From: Heterodontus francisci
Taxonomy: Eukaryota
Assembly (NCBI RefSeq): GCF_036365525.1
Contig: NC_090387.1
Location: 43,019,404-43,083,403 of the forward strand
Length of the DNA: 64,000 bases
Direction of reading: 5' to 3'
Of this stretch, positions 25,997-37,560 are shown piece by piece. How positions within the stretch are numbered: the stretch's first letter is position 1; every line of letters begins with the position of its first letter. A model generated the notes under the pieces. It did not search any database and was not told the origin of the DNA. It saw only the letters and a list, made by a program, of their open reading frames with translations. The position numbers were made by a program, and so were the translations under genes.

Positions 25997-27521
25997 AAAA
26001 CAAGAAATGCTGGAACAAGAGAAGCAGAGTTAACGTTTCGGTTCAGTGACCCTTCTTCGGAACTGGCAAATATTAGAAATGTCAAAGGTTATAAGCAAGT
26101 AAAGCGGGGGTGGGGCAAGAGGTAACAAAGTAGAAGGTGTAGATTGGACAAGGCCACAGAATAGCTGACCAGAAGGTCATGGAGCAAAGGCAAACAATAT
26201 GTTCATGGTGTGTTGAAAGACAAAGCATTAGTACAGATAGGGTGTTAACAGACTGAAAATGTGTCTGCTCTGATGATGCGACCTTCCATGACAGCGCTTC
26301 TGATACGTCTTCCTTTTTCCTCAACCGAGGATTCCCCCCCACTGTTGTTGACAGAGCCCTCAACTGTGTCCGGCCCATTTCCCGCACCTCTACCCTCACC
26401 CCTTCCCCTCCCTCCCAGAACCGCGACAGGGTTCCCCTTGTCCTCACTTTCCACCCCATCAGCCTCCATATCCAAAGGATCATCCTCCGCCATTTCCGCC
26501 ACCTCCAGCATGATGCTACTACCAAATGCATCTTCCCTTCCCTTCCCCTGTCAGCATTCCGAAAGGATCATTCCCTCCGCGACACCCTGGTCCACTCCTC
26601 CATTACCCCCACCACCTCGTCCCCTTCCCATGGCACCTTCCCCTGCAATCGCAGGAGGTGTAATGCCTACCCATTTACCTCCTCTCGCCTCACTATCCCA
26701 GGCCCCAAACACTCCTTTCAGGTGAAGCAACGATTTACTTGCACTTCTTTCAATGTAGTATACTGTATTCACTGCTCACAATGTGGTCTCCTCTACATTG
26801 GGGAGACCAAACGCAGATTGGGTGACCGCTTTGTGGAGCACCTCCGCTCAGTCCACAAGCAGGACCCTGAGCTTCCGGTTGCTTGCCATTTCAGCACTGC
26901 CCCCTGCTCTCATGCTCACATCTCTATCATGGGCTTGCTGCAGTGTTCCAGTGAACATCAATGCAAGCTCGAGGAACAGCATCTCATTTACCGATTAGGC
27001 ACACTACAGCCTGCTGGACTGAACATTGAGTTCAATAATTTCAGAGCATGACGGGCCCCCCATTTTACTTTCATTTTTAGTTATTTTTTCTTTTTCTTTT
27101 TTTCTTTGTTTATGTTTATTTTATTTCATTTTAGTTTGTTCAGTTTGCTTACCCACTGCTTTTTTCATGTCTGTACTTGCTGCTGTTCAATTTTCAGTCC
27201 GTTAACACCCTATCTGTACTAATGCTTTGTCTTCCAACACACCATGAACATATTGTTTGCCTTTGCTCCATGACCTTCTGGTCAGCTATTCTGTGGCCTT
27301 GTCTAATCTACATCTTCTCCTTTGTTATCTCTTGCCCCACCCCCGCTTTACTTGCTTATAACCTTTGACATTTCTAATATTTGCCAGTTCCGAAGAAGGG
27401 TCACTGACCCGAAACGTTAACTCTGCTTCTCTCTCCACAGATGCTGCCAGACCTGCTGAGTATTTCCAGCATTTCTTGTTTTTATTTCAGATTTCTAGCA
27501 TCCGCAGTATTTTGCTTTTAT
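25997..27521 (+). mobile_element. 5'-truncated Penelope-like element with inverted pLTR (25997-26260)
   Basis: GIY-YIG ORF 26722-27051 (VVYCIHCSQCGLLYIGETKRRLGDRF). 16-bp TSD TATAACTATAGGTTTA at 25981-25996 and 27522-27537. Confidence 0.92.
27386..27422 (+). ncRNA. Minimal hammerhead ribozyme motif (inverted partner at 26028-26064, minus strand)
   Basis: AGTT-CCGAAGA-A-GGGTCACTGACCC-GAAACGTT-AACT. Confidence 0.7.
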
Positions 27522-27844
27522 TATAACTATAGGTTTACCTGCCTCACTTGAGGGATAAGGAGTTACTTTTCCTTTCGACAAGAATTCACTATAACTCTCA
27601 GGTATCTTATTCACAACCCCTGTACTCACATTGGTTTTTGTATTTGGCCTTACGGCTGCAGTGAGAGCTATAGCCTGATCTGTCATACTCTCGATCAGGG
27701 CTGCTTTCTCTGCATCGGCTTTGTGTACCCCAATAGGTCCCATGGGTTTAGCCTCGCAACTTCCAGCATTCTGCATGCAGATGTCCCACCTTGTGACAGT
27801 GGTAACATTTAGACTTGCAGACCTCACTTCCACTCTCAGCCTCT

Positions 27845-28210
27845 TGAGAGGGTAGATGTTGAGAAGATGTTTCCACTACTGGGGGAATCTCGAGCTAAGG
27901 GACATAGTTATAGAATAAGGGGACACTCATTTAAAACGGAGATGTGAAGGAACTTCTTCTCTCAGAGGGTAGTGAATGTCTGGAATTCTCTACCCCAGAA
28001 AGTTCTGGAGGCTAGATCACTGAAAGTATTTAAAGAAGTGATAGATAGATTTTTGAAATATCGGGGAGTTGAGTGCAATGAGGAGCTGGCACGAAAGAGG
28101 AGTTGAGGTCTGGGCAGATCAGCCATGATCTTATTGAATGGCAGGGCAGGCTTGAGGGGCCGAATGGCTTACTCCTGCTCCTATTTCTTATGTTCTTATG
28201 TTTATGTTCT
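27845..28210 (+). mobile_element. CR1 3' end inserted into Gypsy gag
   Basis: ERVDVEKMFPL..NFFSQRVVNVWNSLP and a TTCTTATG-repeat tail. Confidence 0.85.
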
Positions 28211-28784
28211 TCCTTTCTGGCCTGAGGAGATCCTGGGGCATTCCCATCTGTCCCTTCTTGTCCCTGGCTACTTGCCTTCCTTTCACCCTCCCACCTTCTA
28301 TCCTTCTCGGCTTTGTGGCGGTGATGGACAAAGGGTTTGGGCTTATAAACAAGCTCATAACCATCAGCAATTTCCACTGCCTGTCTAGCTGTTGAAATCT
28401 TCTGGTTCTCTATATGGGTTCTTACTAACAGAAGGAGTGAATTTTAAAATTCCTCCAGGAGAATTAATTCCCTAAGGTTCTCAAACATGCCCTCTACCTT
28501 TAGTGCCTGTATCCAACGATCAAAATTAATTTGCTTTACCCTCTCAAATTCTATATAAAAGTTTGCCAAGACAGTCTCTAGAGATTCCAAAATTTCTGCT
28601 TGTACGCTTCAGGGAATAACTCACACGCAGCGAGAACAGCCTTTTTTGCCATCTCAATCTGCAGAAGCCGCTTCAGAAAGCATAGCATAAACTTCATGAG
28701 CTCTGCCCATCAGCCTGCTTTGCATAAGCAGTGCCCGGCCCTCCTTTGGCCACTTCATCTGTTTGGCTATCTTTTCAAAAAAAC

Positions 28785-29327
28785 TTAAAATGCCTCTACA
28801 TCCCTTTCCTCAAACGTAGGGAGGGCTTGTACAAAATTAAACAGCTCTCCACTGGGTCCTTGGCTGGAGTCAGATCTTTCCTCACGAGAACTTTCCTTGG
28901 AGTCAAGGCCACTCTTTTGTCTTATTTCCATCTTTTTAAATTCAAATTCCTTTTCTTCTCTTTCTCTTTCCCTTTCCTCAAGTTCAAGTTTCTTCATTGT
29001 CAATGCACTTTCAAGTTCAAAGTTTTTCAATTCTTTTTCCTTCTTTTTCTGTTCAAGCTCAAGCTGCTTCATCTGTAACTGAATTTTAGCTAATTCAACT
29101 GCACTACTCTCTGGTTTGTTTACTTCTTCCAATTCCAAAGGTTGTGCTATTACTTCAATTACATCTGCTTTCTTAGCTCCTGGTTTTAACTCTATTCCCA
29201 ATTTTGCTGCCAATGTTATTAACTTAACCTTGGTTAAGTTCTTCAAATCAATCAGCGATACATCCTCCGTCCCCAGAAAAGTCACAGCAACTGTTAAAGA
29301 CATTCCAGTGGTGTAGACTTTATCCAT
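28785..29327 (-). pseudogene. Gag N-terminus of the Gmr1-type element
   Basis: Coiled-coil E/K-rich segment followed by LPTFEERDVEAF. It lies just downstream of the 5' LTR and a degenerate PBS. Confidence 0.75.
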
Positions 29328-29617
29328 TACACAAGAAACCTGTTTTTATAATTTTCTCTTTTTCAATTATTATTACCCCAGTTTTGGGTTTATCCCACAG
29401 AGACCCAACTTATACATTACGACAGAGGCGGGAGGAGCGTACTGTTTATTCTATTTCCACTTCTCCACGGGTTACAACATATACTTAAATTTTTCCCACT
29501 TAATGTTATGGTCAACCATAGCCTCTATTTTTATCCCAGAATAAAATACACCAACCAGTTTCTTCAATAAACAACAACATTATCAGTTTATTGTAAAACA
29601 AGTCTTAACCAGTAATG

Positions 29618-30847
29618 TTTCTTTTGGGCCTCCTTATCTCGAGAGACAATGGATACGCGCCTGGAGGTGGTCAGTGGTTTGTGAAGCAGCGCCTGGAGTG
29701 GCTATAAAGGCCAATTCTGGAGTGACAGGCTCTTCCACAGGTGCTGCAGAGAAATTTGTTTGTTGGGGCTGTTGCACAGTTGGCTCTCCCCTTGCGCCTC
29801 TGTCTTTTTTCCTGCCAACTACTAAGTCTCTTCGACTCGCCACAATTTAGCCCTGTCTTTATGGCTGCCCGCCAGCTCTGGCGAATGCTGGCAACTGACT
29901 CCCACGACTTGTGATCAATGTCACACGATTTCATGTCGCGTTTGCAGACGTCTTTATAACGGAGACATGGACGGCCGGTGGGTCTGATACCAGTGGCGAG
30001 CTCGCTGTACAATGTGTCTTTGGGGATCCTGCCATCTTCCATGCGGCTCACATGGCCAAGCCATCTCAAGCGCCGCTGACTCAGTAGTGTGTATAAGCTG
30101 GGGATGTTGGCCGCTTCAAGGACTTCTGTGTTGGAGATATAGTCCTGCCACCTGATGCCAAGTATTCTCCGAAGGCAGCGAAGATGGAATGAATTGAGAC
30201 GTCGCTCTTGGCTGGCATACGTTGTCCAGGCCTCGCTGCCGTAGAGCAAGGTACTGAGGACACAGGCCTGATACACTCGGACTTTTGTGTTCCGTGTCAG
30301 TGCGCCATTTTCCCACACTCTCTTGGCCAGTCTGAACATAGCAGTGGAAGCCTTACCCATGCGCTTGTTGATTTCTGCATCTAGAGACAGGTTACTGGTG
30401 ATAGTTGAGCCTAGGTAGGTGAACTCTTGAACCACTTCCAGAGCGTGGTCGCCCATATTGATGGATGGAGCATTTCTGACATCCTGCCCCATGATGTTCG
30501 TTTTCTTGAGGCTGATGGTTAGGCCAAATTCATTGCAGGCAGACGCAAACCTGTCGATGAGACTCTGCAGGCATTCTTCAGTGTGAGATGTTAAAGCAGC
30601 ATCGTCAGCAAAGAGGAGTTCTCTGATGAGGACTTTCCGTACTTTGGACTTCGCTCTTAGACGGGCAAGGTTGAACAACCTGCCCCCTGATCTTGTGTGG
30701 AGGAAAATTCCTTCTTCAGAGGATTTGAACGCATGTGAAAGCAGCAGGGAGAAGAAAATCCCAAAAAGTGTGGGTGCGAGAACACAGCCCTGTTTCACAC
30801 CACTCAGGATAGGAAAGGGCTCTGATGAGGAGCCACCATGTTGAATT
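29618..30847 (-). mobile_element. Young RTE LINE 3' fragment inserted into the 5' LTR
   Basis: Uninterrupted ORF 29671-30847 (LLFADDA ... CSTCGRACHSRIGLYSHSRRC). TSD GTAATG at 29612-29617 and 30848-30853. Confidence 0.93.
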
Positions 30848-31799
30848 GTAATGAAGTAAAGCATAAACACACAGATTGAAATATTAAAGTTCCCTTTTTA
30901 CTTTAGTCCCTCACACACACACCCACATACGTTAGCTGTAAAAATAAAGGGATTTGTGTTTTTAGAGCTCTATTACAGACCAGAAATCACTTGGGCTGAA
31001 TTCTTGAGGAAACAGCAGATGAGAGATATGTTGTGTTCCAAAACTGGCATATAGTCTGGCCTCCAAGGACACATAGACGGGTCACTGGGATCTTTTAGAA
31101 CAGTTCTTTTCAGGTGGCATTGAGAATTAATTTAGCAGGCTTTTCTTCAAAGACAGGAGATGAGATGAGTTGACACAGTGGATTTCTCAGGATCTTTTAG
31201 ATAGGGGCTAGAAAGCTGAGCTGGGTTGTGGTCTTCTCTCCTTCCTTGGGAATTCTCTTCTCTCCTTGGAAGTTGTCTTCCTTTTTATACAGTTCAACCC
31301 CAACTCAAAACAATTCAAAAGCGAAATTGACAACGTTTTGACCTCCATCAATTTTGACCTGTCACTTCTTCGTAAACAACTTCTCCAGGTATCCAAAGTT
31401 CTCTGTTGTTTATTGAGCTGGAAGTCAGGTGGTTTCCTGGAAATGCTTGTTGTTGTTGCTAGAAGTTAGGTAGTTTCCCAGAAACGCTTGTTTTCCTCAC
31501 AAACCTCTCAGTGCCCCTTTTAAAAAACATTTTCAAGGTCTGTTTTTCAAAGTCTCGTGGCCTTTACATGACCCCCTTTGAAAACCCTAAAGTTTAACAT
31601 TTCTTCAATCTTTTGAAAGTAAATCCTCAAAAAATATATTTAACAAAACACAGAGGCACTTTCGTAACAATATGAACAAAATGAACACAAAAGTGTGTGT
31701 TTCCAACAAAAAAATGCATTAGTGCATATAATTTCTGGCCTTTACATGTCTATCTTTCACTCCATCCTGTTGTACTCCTTCAGTTGAGCACTTCCCATA

Positions 31800-32550
31800 C
31801 GTTGGCAGTCAACGCTGTGCTAGCTCAGCCTGCTACAAACTACAACAGCGGGTGTTTGACAACAAAGTCCACCGCAAGCCAACAAAGGTCCTAGTGTACA
31901 GAACAATTGTTGTCACCATACTCCTGTACTGCAGAGAGTCATGGATTGTGTTATCAGCAACACTTAAGAGCGCGAGAGAAATTGCATCAGCAATGCCTCC
32001 TCCACATCCTCTGGATTCAATGGGAGGACCATCGAACAAACACGAGTGTCCTTCTTGAAGCCAGCTCCACAAGCATTCAGGCAAAATTCCTGCAAAACCA
32101 ACTTCGATGGACTGGGCACTATGTCCGGATGGTCAAAAACCATCTCCCCCGCCAGGTCCAGTTTTCTCAACTCTCAAATGGCCAGCATTCCAGGGGAGGA
32201 CAAAGTAACTGCTTCAAATACACTCTGAAGCACGCTTTGAAGCACGGAAGCATTGACATTGATGACTGGGAGGATCTTGCTACCAATCGTTCAAAATGGC
32301 AACAACTTGTCCATCAAGCTGCATCATGCTTTGAGTCCAAGCACGTTAATAAAGAGGCAGAGCAGCAGCAGAGAAGGAAAAAAAAGGAAGCAGATCCTGC
32401 ACTCCCGATTCCACTACCTCATGGGACGTCGTACCCCATGTGCAGGTCGAGTATTCGGCCTGTTCAATCACCTGAAGACCCATGGCAGAATCTAGCGACC
32501 TTGAGTCAATGTCATTGTCGAATTGAAGGACAGCTGCCACTGATGACTAC
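31800..32550 (+). mobile_element. Older RTE-clade 3' fragment of a different family
   Basis: TILLYCRESW, CLLHILWIQWEDHRTNTSVL, QLRWTGHYVRM, SRGGQSNCFKYTLK. Confidence 0.8.
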
Positions 32551-32559
32551 TTTAGTCAA

Positions 32560-35125
32560 TTTTTTTTTATTCGTTCATGTGATGTGGGCGTCGCTGACAA
32601 GGCCAGCATTTATTGCCCATTCCTAATTGCCCTCGAGAAGGTGGTGGTGAGCTGCCTTCTTGAACCGCTGCAGTCCTTGGGGTGTAGGTACACCCACAGT
32701 GCTATTAGGAAGGGAGTTCCAGGATTTTGACCAGCGACAGTGAAGGAACGGAGATATAGTTCCAAGACAGGATGGTGTGCGGCTTGGAGGGGAACTTGCA
32801 GGTGGTGGTGTTCCCATACATCTGCTACCCTTGTCCTTCTAGGTGTTAGAGGTCGCGGGTTTGGATGGTGCTGTCTAAGCAGCCTTGGTGCTTGGCTGCA
32901 GTGCATCTTGTAGATGGTATGCACTGCTGCCACTGTGCATCGGTAGTGGAGGGAGTGAATGTTTATGGATGGGGTGCCAACCAAGTAGGATGCTTTGTCC
33001 TGAATGGTGTCGAGCTTCTCGAGTGTTGTTGGAGCTGCACCCATCCAGGCAAGTGGAGAGTATTCCATCACACTCCTGACTTGTGCCTTGTAGATGGTGG
33101 ACAGACTTTGGGGAGTCAGGAGGTGAGTTACTCGCTGCAGGTGCCTAGCCTCTGACCTGCTCTTGTGGCCACGGTATTTTTATGGCTACTGCAGTTCAGT
33201 TTCTCGTCAATGGTAACCCCCAGGATGTTGATAGTGGGAGATTCAGTGATTGTAATGCTATTGAATGTCAACAGGAGATGGTTAAATTCTCTCTTGATTG
33301 AGCTGGTCATTGCCTGGCACTTGTGTGGTGCAAATGTTACTTGCCACTTATCAGCCCAAGCCTGGATATTGTCCAGGTCTTGCTGCATTTCTACACGGAC
33401 TGCTTCAGTATCTGTGGAGTCGCGAATGGTGTTGAACATCGTGCAATTATTAGCGAATATCCCCACTTCTGACCTTATGATTGAAGGAAGGTCATTGATG
33501 AAGCAGCTGATGATGGTTGGGCCTAGGACACTACTCTGAGAAACTCCTGCAGTGATGTCCTGGAACTGAGATGATTGAACTCCAACAACCACAACCATCT
33601 TCCTTTGTGCTAGGTATGACTCCAGCCAGCGGAGGGTTTCCCCTCTGATTCCCATTGACTCCAGTTTTGCTAGGGCTCCTTGATGCCAAACTCGGTCAAA
33701 TGCTGCCTCGAATGTCAAAGGCAGTCACTCTCACCTCACCTCTTGAGTTCAGCTCTTTTGTCCATGTTTGAACCAAGGCTGTAATGAGGTCAGGAGCACA
33801 GTAGCTCTGGCAGAACCCAAACTGAGCGTCAGTGAGCAGGTTATTGCTAAGCAAGTGCTGCTTGATAGCATTGTCGTCGACACCTTCCATCACTTTACTG
33901 ATGATTGAGAATAGGCTGATGGAGCAGTAATTGGCCAGGTTGGATTTGTCCTGCTTTTTGTGTACAGAACATACCTGGGCAATTTTCCACATTGCTGGGT
34001 AGATGCCAGTGTTGTAGCTGTACTGGAACAACTTGGCTAGGGTCGTGGCTAGCTCTGGAGCACAGGTCTTCAGTACTATTTCGGAATGTTGGTAGGACCC
34101 AGAGCCTTTGCAGTATCCAGTGACTTCAGTTGTTTCCTGATATCACATGGAGTTAATCGAATTGGCTGAAGACTGGCATCTGTGATGCTGGGGACTTCAG
34201 GAAGAGGCAGAGATGGATCATCCACTCGGCACTTCTGGCTGAAGATTGTTGCAAATGCTTCAGCCTTCTCTTTTGCACTGATGTGCTGGGCTCCCCCATC
34301 ATTGAGGATGGGGATATTTGTGGAGACACCTCCTCCTGTCAATTGTTTAATTGTCCACCACCATTCACGAATGGACGTGGCAGGACTGCAGAGTTCAGGT
34401 CTGATCTGTTGGTTGTGGGATCGCTTAGCTCTGTCTATTGCATGCTGCTTACACTGTTTGGCATGCATGTTAACCTGAGTTGTAGTCTCACCAGGTTGAC
34501 ACTTCATTTTGATGTATGCCTGGTGCTGCTCCTGGCATGTCCACCTGCACTCTTCATTGAACCAGGGTTGATCCCCAGCTTGATGGTCATGGTAGAGTGG
34601 GGGATATGCCAGGCCATGAGGTTACAGATTGTAGTTGAATACAATTCTGCTGCTGCTGATGACCCACAGCGCCTCATGGATGCCCAGTTTTGCATTGCTA
34701 GATCTGTTCAAAATCTATCCCATTTAGCACGGTGGTCGTGTCACACAACACGATGGAGGGCATTCTCAATGTGAAGACGGGTCTCAGTATCCAGAAGGAC
34801 TCCTACCAATACTGTCATGGACAGATGCATCTGCAGCAGGCAGATTGCTGAGGACGAGGTCAAGTATGTTTTTCCCTCTTGTTGGTTCCCTCAACCTGCC
34901 GCAGACGCAGTCTAGCAGCTATGTCCTTTAGGACGCGGCCTCCTCAGTCAGTAGTGGTGCGGACGAGCCACTCTTGGTGATGGACACTGAAGTCCTTCAC
35001 CTACAGTACATTCTGCGCCCTTGCCACCCTCAGTGCTTCATCCAAGTGGTGTTCAACATGGAGTAGTACTGATTCATCAGTTGGGGGGGGGCGGTAATCA
35101 GCAAGAGGTTTCCTTGCCCATGTTT
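32560..35125 (-). mobile_element. CR1/L2-group LINE (Jockey superfamily), decayed
   Basis: AAFDRVWHQG, GVSQSSVLGP, FANNCT, MEYSPLAWMGAAPT, and WWWTIKQLTGGG upstream. Confidence 0.85.
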
Positions 35126-35129
35126 AACC

Positions 35130-37560
35130 TGATGCCAGTTTGCAACTGATCATGTAAGATACTGCAGTGTAGTAGTTGATAAGATGGTCTTATGAGGACA
35201 GCCCTAAACCCAATCAACTGAAATTTTGACCAAACTGACCAAACCCAAGAAACTGAATTATAATTTTGATAAACAGTTCGGTGACTAAGGAAATTGACCG
35301 CAGTGAAAGGCTCCCACCTTGCTGTTGGCCTAGCCTTTCTTAGAAATAAAACAAGGTGCATCTTATCCAGAAATTAACAGTTTTACAGCCTTATTTCAGA
35401 CATAGAAGGGGATGAACCTACTTTCGAGAGGTAACAGTCCCAAAAGTAAAAGAAACTAGTTATGCAGCTTAGAAACTGTATAAATATTGGAACCAAATAG
35501 TGTATTTTTAGATTCATTGGATTCACTCCAGCATTTCTCATGGTAAAGGAACTGCTACTATGGTGAGGCGATGATTGTTCTGCCCTTAATTGGGATTGAG
35601 GTATCTCACTAAACTCTGTAGCTTTCTACTCGGATTTAAGGTCAATGCTGCTTTAAATATTGATGGATATCTCATATTTTACTCTTAACAATATTTAGAC
35701 TTAAAACGTGGATTCTCTACTAGAAATAAGATTATACTTTTTTTCTTTTCCTAGAACTATTAATGTTGTGATTGGCTTCCCATCAATGTGAGTTGCATGT
35801 TCGGTTCTTTCATAAACCTTTATATAATTTAGAAAATATATCGTCTCATATAGTCTTCTGTTTCGCAAACTTGAGAACCCATCTCCATACACTCTTCGGT
35901 CGGGAGGTAAATTATTGAGGAGAGATCCCTGGACCTTTATCACATCCAGGTTGTTATAATCTGGCTAAAACGTGTTAAAAAAGACTATCTGGAGAATGGT
36001 AATATTCTCAGCTGGTTCCTTTCCTTTGAGGAGAGTTAGAACAGTTCTTCAGACCCATTCAGGTGTCTGTGAGATCTGTCTTTCTCAAACCTAAATGAGA
36101 GTGATCATCTGGGGAGTACGCCTGATCCGGGATGGTCCCACAAAGGGGCTATGATGATAATTCACTTCATTCCATCCCAATATCTGGGTCCCCTAATTTT
36201 TGGATCACCCCTCATATACATGGTTGAGGCAAACCATCAGTAAGAAATGCACTTCCCATTAGCAGCTCACTAATTGTAGGGCAGGAAAGTGGGAACAGCT
36301 GTAAGTACTTAACAGCTTGCAGCAACTTACAGGAGAGATACATTTTTTGCAGCTAAAGCATGGAAGATGTCTGGAAGTAAGAAGAGTTGCAACAGGTCTC
36401 CAGGGTTTTCAAATGCAGCTGCAAAGATGCGAAAGCAGCATCAGAATAGAAAGGAGATCTTTTTCCCTTCAAGATTGTTGGTGGATTCCAAGTCAAATTG
36501 GTCAACAGGCATGGCAAAATGTGGCACAACATGTGACTGCAATAAGCATTATCTCCAGCAGCTGACTGTAGTGTAGAAATAAATTTAATGATCTTACCTG
36601 AAGTACCAAGAGAAGACTCCTTTCTGCACAACCTTGCAGGTCTCTAACTTTCCCTCAATACTATTAAATCTTCCTGTCACCACTTGGCATGGCTGCATTT
36701 GGTGGGTAGATGATTGATAAAATATAAAAGCAAGCTAAGACCTCCACAATCTGCTGCTGGTCATTACACACTAGCTGCACATTAATATTGGAGTAGAAAC
36801 CTTTGCCATTTGTGAAGATGGTCATTTGTTTGCAGAAGCCCAGAGTGACATGAAGGCAGTAAATGACGCTCTGGACTTGAGGAAACCTGAAATTCGTATG
36901 AACTCCAAAGCACTATCCTGCTGCTTTTCGATGTCCAAAGGAAAAATGATGAATGTGGCTGCTGTAGCAAACAAGGCATCAGTTATATATTTAATACATG
37001 CATGGACTACTGACTGCCTGATTTTGCTAATACTTCCTCTGGCAGCTGAAGAAGCCGGAGACAAAGAAGTTCAGGGCTGCAGTGGTTTTGGCTGCACCAG
37101 GCAATGCTTTGCTAGCTGCAGCAATTGGCTGCAGGTCTTCTTGCAGGACATGGGCACTAATTTGCCACTGCTTCCCTGATAATGAAAGCCATTTTATACA
37201 CCTCACCTTCGAGAACTATAGATACATTGTTCTGGGCCTATTAGCTGTATTGGAAGGATAAGGATTCCTCCAAACATGGCTCTTTCTATCAGTTCTGTCT
37301 CCAGCCACAGCTATGTTTACTGCTTCCTCCTGCTCCTGACAGATTCCTAGAAATTATTCATCAAGAAACAACTGCAATGCCAAAGATTCATTGACAGTTC
37401 AGAACCTTCAATAGTGCCTACAAGCACTTTCAAGTCATTTAAGTCAGAAGTCCACAAGCTACTGCAAGAAGAATGTCTCGGAAGCTCTATACAGCCTTAC
37501 CCAGAACAGCTGAGGATCTCTTTAATTGGTGTTTGAAATGACCACCTCAGGACTTGTACC
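35130..37560 (-). mobile_element. Highly decayed DIRS1-like tyrosine-recombinase retrotransposon
   Basis: Colinear degenerate motifs on the minus strand: SSAARGSISK..IKYITDAL (RT), RKESSL..GDNAY (RNase H), LPDIFHAL..VIQKL..IIIAPLW (MT-like), IFKAALTLNP..LVSFTFGTVTSRK (YR). Confidence 0.45.

Larger units (their letters stand above)
21165..31669 (-). mobile_element. Full-length decayed Gypsy LTR retrotransposon, Gmr1-type (gag-PR-INT-RT-RH)
   Basis: Two homologous LTRs (21165-21791 and 29415-31669) ending GTAACA, ATAT TSD at 21161-21164 and 31670-31673. Gag 29327-28785, zinc knuckle about 27800, RDT protease about 25975, integrase 25412-23923, RT about 23700-22536, RNase H 22520-22104. Confidence 0.9.

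Noticed and set aside
35701-37179. ORFs considered as host exons or an endogenous virus
   Set aside because: There is no consistent splice structure or viral motif. Colinear DIRS-like motifs explain them better, though not conclusively.
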